This document shows, in pieces, positions 27,948-32,000 of a stretch of DNA of 32,000 nt. Made by a program: the position numbers and the translations under genes. The stretch comes from Candidatus Saccharimonadota bacterium. Its GTDB lineage: Bacteria > Patescibacteriota > Saccharimonadia > Saccharimonadales > UBA4665. The stretch lies in the NCBI GenBank assembly GCA_002952755.1, contig CP025011.1, forward strand, positions 750,001 to 782,000, in the 5' to 3' direction. Positions within the stretch are counted from its first letter, which is position 1, and each line of letters starts with the position of its first letter. The notes beneath the pieces are model-generated. The model saw nothing but the letters and a program-made list of their open reading frames with translations. It was not told the DNA's origin and did no database searches.

Positions 27948-28472
27948 ATGAAATTTAACGAACTTTCCGTATCCAAAAACAAGGGCGGCAAACGCGTTGG
28001 GCGTGGTATTGCTGCCGGCCAGGGAAAAACTGCTGGCCGTGGCACCAAAGGGCAGTTGGCACGTACCGGCTCTCACAAGAAGCCAGGTTTCGAAGGTGGC
28101 CAAACGCCGCTTATGCAGCGCTTGCCCAAATTGAGCGGCTTCCGCTCACTGAAGGCCCGGGCCGAGGTAGTCTACACCGGCCAACTCGAGGCTTTCAGCG
28201 GCAAAACCGTTGATTCCGCGCTGCTCGCCGAAGCAGGGCTTATCAGCAATCCGTTTGTTCGCGTGAAGGTTATTACCAAGGGTGAACTAACGAAGAAAGT
28301 CGTGGTAAAAGCAGACGCAATTAGCGCCAGCGCCCTCGAAGCTGTACAAAAGGCTGGCGGCAGCTTTGAAAAAACTGAACGACTCGCTCGTCCAACCTCT
28401 GTTAAAAAAACAGAAAAGATCGAAAAAATTGCTGCAACCAAGGCAGCGCGCAAGGCCAAAAAAGAAGCTTAA
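27948..28472 (+). CDS. rplO: 50S ribosomal protein L15
   Basis: 174 aa. GRGIAAGQGKTAGRGTKGQ, plus a Lys-rich C-terminal extension. It starts 5 nt after rpsE, and no rpmD lies between them. Confidence 0.95.
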   Translation: MKFNELSVSKNKGGKRVGRGIAAGQGKTAGRGTKGQLARTGSHKKPGFEGGQTPLMQRLPKLSGFRSLKARAEVVYTGQLEAFSGKTVDSALLAEAGLISNPFVRVKVITKGELTKKVVVKADAISASALEAVQKAGGSFEKTERLARPTSVKKTEKIEKIAATKAARKAKKEA

Positions 28473-28483
28473 AAAAGAAGCTT
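28458..28483 (+). repeat. perfect 13-bp tandem duplication AAAAAAGAAGCTT x2 spanning the rplO stop
   Basis: Copies at 28458-28470 and 28471-28483. The rplO TAA (28470-28472) is formed at the junction of the two copies. Confidence 0.9.
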
Positions 28484-28532
28484 CTACACTAAAAAATGCG
28501 CTCGCTTATCGGGTGCATTTTTTAGTGTAGAA
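28482..28532. terminator. intrinsic terminator / long hairpin after rplO
   Basis: Outer perfect 18-bp arms TTCTACACTAAAAAATGC (28482-28499) and GCATTTTTTAGTGTAGAA (28515-28532). The inner stem TGCGCTCG / CGGGTGCA (28497-28517, two G-U pairs) is followed by TTTTTT (28518-28523). Confidence 0.7.
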
Positions 28533-28569
28533 ACATCACCGATAATATATTTGCTATGATTAAGGTAGC

Positions 28570-29613
28570 ATGAACCACTTTACTTTAATTCTAGAGTTTA
28601 TCGCGTTCGGCCTGGTAACCTGGACCGCAGGCGTCTGGCTCACCAGGGTAACGGACGCCTTGGATGCAAAGTACAAGCTCGGAAGCGCCTTTGGCGGCCT
28701 GCTTATTCTCGGCATTGTTACCAGCCTCCCAGAGATCGCTGTCGTCGTTACCGCTGCATTACATCACTATTACGGTATTATTATCGGCACTCTGCTGGGT
28801 GGCATCGCTATTCAAACCGTAGTTATTGCTATATTCGACTTCAAAAGTAGCGCCAAACATGCGCTCACATTTTCTGCCGCCTCACTCACGCTGGTTTTAG
28901 AAGCGAGCATTGTCATACTGGTTGCGGTATCTTCTGTTACGGCTATTAAGACACCCATCCTCATTCCGCATACTGCCGTTAGCCTCACCTCTATATTTAT
29001 AGTTGTCCTATGGCTAATTGGTTTATGGATAGTGTTTCAGGCAAGGAATGAATTACCTTGGAAGGCTGAGGCTATTGCAGCAACCCCAGGCCGCAAACAT
29101 CGCGAGCGAAGCTCAATCATTAATCACCCTGCATTCCGCAGCGCCACCCTGGCTAAAATTTGGGGCGTACTGATAATTACAAGTATCGCTACCTTGGCCG
29201 CAGGTTACGGCCTGGCTACAACGGGCAACGAGCTTGCCGGTGCTTACCACATGAGTGGCGGCCTATTTGCAGCAACATTCATAGCATTGGCCGGCGCGTT
29301 ACCTAATATTAGCACTGGCCTGGCTTCCATTGCGCTCGGTGACTACAGCCTAGCTATGAGCGATATTTTTGGAGGCAATGCTTTTATGCCTGCTCTATTC
29401 GTTATCTGCGACCTGATAAGCGGCAATGCCGTACTGCGCAACGCATCGAGCAATGATGTGTGGTTTGCTGCTCTTGGTGTATTTCTCACGACCATCTATG
29501 TAATCGGCCTCATCGTCCGGCCTCGTAAGGTTTATTTCCGGCTAGGTATCGACTCACTCACCGTAGTCCTTCTATACTTCCTTGGAATAACATTTCTCAC
29601 GTTGGCACATTAG
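28570..29613 (+). CDS. Ca2+/cation antiporter (CaCA, sodium/calcium exchanger-like) family membrane protein
   Basis: 347 aa and polytopic. Two alpha-repeat-like segments are present: GLLILGIVTSLPEIAVVVTAAL and ALPNISTGLASIALGDYSLAMSDIFGGNAF. Confidence 0.6.
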   Translation: MNHFTLILEFIAFGLVTWTAGVWLTRVTDALDAKYKLGSAFGGLLILGIVTSLPEIAVVVTAALHHYYGIIIGTLLGGIAIQTVVIAIFDFKSSAKHALTFSAASLTLVLEASIVILVAVSSVTAIKTPILIPHTAVSLTSIFIVVLWLIGLWIVFQARNELPWKAEAIAATPGRKHRERSSIINHPAFRSATLAKIWGVLIITSIATLAAGYGLATTGNELAGAYHMSGGLFAATFIALAGALPNISTGLASIALGDYSLAMSDIFGGNAFMPALFVICDLISGNAVLRNASSNDVWFAALGVFLTTIYVIGLIVRPRKVYFRLGIDSLTVVLLYFLGITFLTLAH

Positions 29614-29673
29614 TTTTTGGAAGACCATACAGGCTGGTACACGAGACATCTCTATCCTTACTACTGAAAAATT

Positions 29674-30054
29674 ATGGCCTCAGGCGCGGGATTCGCCCTG
29701 CGTAAAGACCGAAGCACGCAGGCAAACATTTGTGCTATCGCTCCAATATGTTATGGTTGTTCCATGTCTGAATGGCCAGCTGCCGAAACGTCGACAGCCG
29801 AATACGACTACGCTCAGCCACTCCGTACGCTGCACGATACGATGCAGTGTACTTTTCTCAGTGCTACCGATCCGGAGGCTTCGATCATCAGACAACGCAC
29901 TATGCTGCGTGCCGCTATAGCTGAAGGGCACAAGACGGATTTAGATGCTTACGGGCATTCTGTGCTCGATCACTATGAAACTGTTGTAGGGACTACCTGT
30001 GGTTTGGCGGACATCAAGATGAACCGCCAGCCGCTGTCGGATACTATTCCATAG
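29674..30054 (+). CDS. hypothetical protein (start uncertain: ATG 29674 or ATG 29764)
   Basis: ORF only. No SD and no recognisable motif, and ORFs in other frames overlap it. Confidence 0.3.
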   Translation: MASGAGFALRKDRSTQANICAIAPICYGCSMSEWPAAETSTAEYDYAQPLRTLHDTMQCTFLSATDPEASIIRQRTMLRAAIAEGHKTDLDAYGHSVLDHYETVVGTTCGLADIKMNRQPLSDTIP

Positions 30055-30104
30055 GATATAGCGATCACCGGGAAAATTGGGGTAGTCTTAAGCTCAGGTC
30101 AGAG

Positions 30105-30749
30105 GTGATATCACGCGACGCATTTGCCGCCGCCACAGCGCTTCTTCTTCCTAAAGGGCTCGGCGACGTGCTCAAAGAACGGCACATGTATGCCGAAGCA
30201 AATAAACAAGCTTTGTACGATATATTCACCAAAGTAGTCGATGCCACGCCTGGCGGTAGTCGGTTTGCTGCATTTGCTATTGCAGACCCTTATAAACTTG
30301 CGCCTCCGACGATGACGGATAGACTCGTTCGGCGTACTAGCCTGACCGATTTTGCACTTCGTACCTATGGCCCCGATCAGCAGAATCATCGTATACCAAA
30401 TATAATGGGTCGGCGATATGTCGAAAGGCACATGCGATCGTTTGAAGACGAGCAGGTGTTGCGCAGAGAGATCGACAGCGGCAGCACTGCGCTGCGTGGG
30501 CTTCAGCAATATAGCGATATGGTGCTAGCGGAAAACTGGCGCCCTGAGGGTGTAGCCGTCGTCGAACAATTTCCCAATGGTGAGCGGGGCGAGATCACCG
30601 AAATCTACAGCGACCAAAGTGTGCATAGGTACGATACGTTTCAGGTAGCATTCAATGATATTGACAACTCGCAGCTACCCCGGCGAACAACCAGTCGCTT
30701 GATCAACTTTCGCGAGATACCTATATGGAGGCGGTCGCGGGAGGCTTAG
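30105..30749 (+). CDS. hypothetical protein (214 aa; GTG 30105 or ATG 30186)
   Basis: ORF only. Its 3' end overlaps the next ORF by 25 nt in a different frame. Confidence 0.4.
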   Translation: MISRDAFAAATALLLPKGLGDVLKERHMYAEANKQALYDIFTKVVDATPGGSRFAAFAIADPYKLAPPTMTDRLVRRTSLTDFALRTYGPDQQNHRIPNIMGRRYVERHMRSFEDEQVLRREIDSGSTALRGLQQYSDMVLAENWRPEGVAVVEQFPNGERGEITEIYSDQSVHRYDTFQVAFNDIDNSQLPRRTTSRLINFREIPIWRRSREA

Positions 30750-32000
30750 ATGAAAGGGCTCGGTCCTATCCTGAGCTGCGCAGTAAGGTCATTGACTCTC
30801 TACGGGATACATTCTTGCACTCATCTATTGAAGGAATGAATCTGGTGAGTGGCGGTGGAGTAAACGCGTTCCTTGAGTTTTGTAAGATTGTTGACGACGG
30901 TCGCAACTTTGATGATGATCTTACAGGGGGATATTCCGAAAGGGTACCCTACCCATTCCAAGAAGCTGGACTCCCGACGCACGGTTCGGAGCAAAAAGAA
31001 AACGCTGCAAGCAAACGGCTTATTGGCACAATAGAGAAATATGATCAGCCCATACCTGGCGCAGTAAGAATATTACAAGCAGAGCACTCAACAGGACCAG
31101 AGACGAAAATTGGCCGGGGTATGCCGGATGAGATAGAGGTTGACCTCATTCTTAAGCTTATCCATTTTAAAGGCTACCCTTCCGTACCAGGCTATAAGCT
31201 GGTGGCAATTGACCCACTGAAGAAACGTTACTATTTTAATTACGATGCCGATAATGATCCTTATCTGCCAGATGAAACACCTCTAAGACCAGAAGCCATC
31301 TCCCGCCTCATACAAAACTATGTTCAGGCAGAACACTACGAGCTCATGCAGGCTATAGCCGAACAAGAAGGGCTAACCCTTTCGCAGTGCATTCGACTAT
31401 CGCAACAGCATAGCGCCCACAGGTATCGGAAGATCTTTGAGCCAGACCTAGGCCCCACCCTTACGAACATGGCGGCCTTCCGTTCTTTTATTCACGACGG
31501 TCAGCTACGGGGTACATGTCATATCTTCAATCAGTTCGGCGCTTTTTCGGAAGGTGTATTATGGCCAGAAGATCGCGCTTTTGTAACAGGTGGCTTTGTG
31601 CTTGACGCGGACGCTAAGGCAATCAGTGCTGTCGGCCACGCGCAGGTAGCAAGAATCAGCAATTCGGGCAAAGCGACCTTAACTGACTGGTCGCCAATCG
31701 AAGAGGGAGATCCGGAGTATCGTTATAAAGGGAGCCTGGATAGCAACCAAGAAAAACCACCACTAGAATCTCGATGGTCCACTCCTGCAGGCGAGGCCTC
31801 GCCTGTTACACTCAAAGACCAGGTAAATACAACTGTTCGTAGCCTACTGGGACAATTAAGCATCTTATTCATGCCCGAGCTTGGCGCCACGGCTCCCAAA
31901 GATCTTATATTCCAAAAGATCAAAGGGCTTGGGTACGGGCATCCAATAACCGAAACTATAGGCGCACTTCTAAGAGCCAAAGATGCGCTAGAACAGCACG
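30725..32000 (+). CDS. large hypothetical protein with transglutaminase-like cysteine-protease core (3'-truncated by window edge)
   Basis: Not in the supplied track because it has no stop. It is open from 30665 to the window end, and the first ATG is at 30725. RGTCHIFNQFGAF...AFVTGGFV...VGHAQVARISNSGKATLTDWSP fits the G-x-C ... H ... D pattern and spacing (40 and 16 residues) of the transglutaminase-like core. Confidence 0.55.
   Translation, partial: MEAVAGGLDERARSYPELRSKVIDSLRDTFLHSSIEGMNLVSGGGVNAFLEFCKIVDDGRNFDDDLTGGYSERVPYPFQEAGLPTHGSEQKENAASKRLIGTIEKYDQPIPGAVRILQAEHSTGPETKIGRGMPDEIEVDLILKLIHFKGYPSVPGYKLVAIDPLKKRYYFNYDADNDPYLPDETPLRPEAISRLIQNYVQAEHYELMQAIAEQEGLTLSQCIRLSQQHSAHRYRKIFEPDLGPTLTNMAAFRSFIHDGQLRGTCHIFNQFGAFSEGVLWPEDRAFVTGGFVLDADAKAISAVGHAQVARISNSGKATLTDWSPIEEGDPEYRYKGSLDSNQEKPPLESRWSTPAGEASPVTLKDQVNTTVRSLLGQLSILFMPELGATAPKDLIFQKIKGLGYGHPITETIGALLRAKDALEQH

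Overview
This is an almost entirely plus-strand bacterial core-genome window, moderately GC-rich by eye. TGA acts as a stop codon, so the standard code applies. The gene order is: hisS (3' part), tig, clpP, an unknown GNAT-like gene, rpoB, rpoC, rpsL, rpsG, fusA, tuf, rpsJ, then rplC through rplO (the S10/spc ribosomal-protein cluster). A CaCA-type membrane transporter and three uncharacterised ORFs follow. The last of these runs off the window and carries a transglutaminase-like Cys-His-Asp core. I saw no rRNA, tRNA or CRISPR array. rpmD (L30) is absent between rpsE and rplO, secY does not follow rplO, and rplKAJL does not precede rpoB. This fits a CPR/Patescibacteria (possibly Saccharibacteria-like) genome, but that assignment is inference only. 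The unusual part is that this normally invariant cluster is interrupted at six gene junctions. The interruptions are a 67-aa ORF (rpsG|fusA), an orphan AroQ chorismate mutase (fusA|tuf), a 2.7-kb four-gene island carrying idi (rpsJ|rplC), and a 76-aa ORF (rplB|rpsS). The other two, which I rate as the best lead, are paralogous ~116-bp inserts at rplC|rplD and rplX|rplE. Each of those two inserts preserves a 38-codon mini-ORF with stop/start overlaps on both sides. They share conserved sequence blocks and a 3' hairpin whose length differences are compensatory. Copy 1 is flanked by a perfect 21-bp duplication of the rplC 3' junction. Other observations include a CIRCE (HrcA) operator on the clpP promoter, several near-consensus sigma70-type promoters (some with leaderless geometry), and a recurrent AAGGAG-NNN-AAG-TAATGG junction cassette. 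All function calls rest on my reading of the translated ORFs and motifs; no database search was run.
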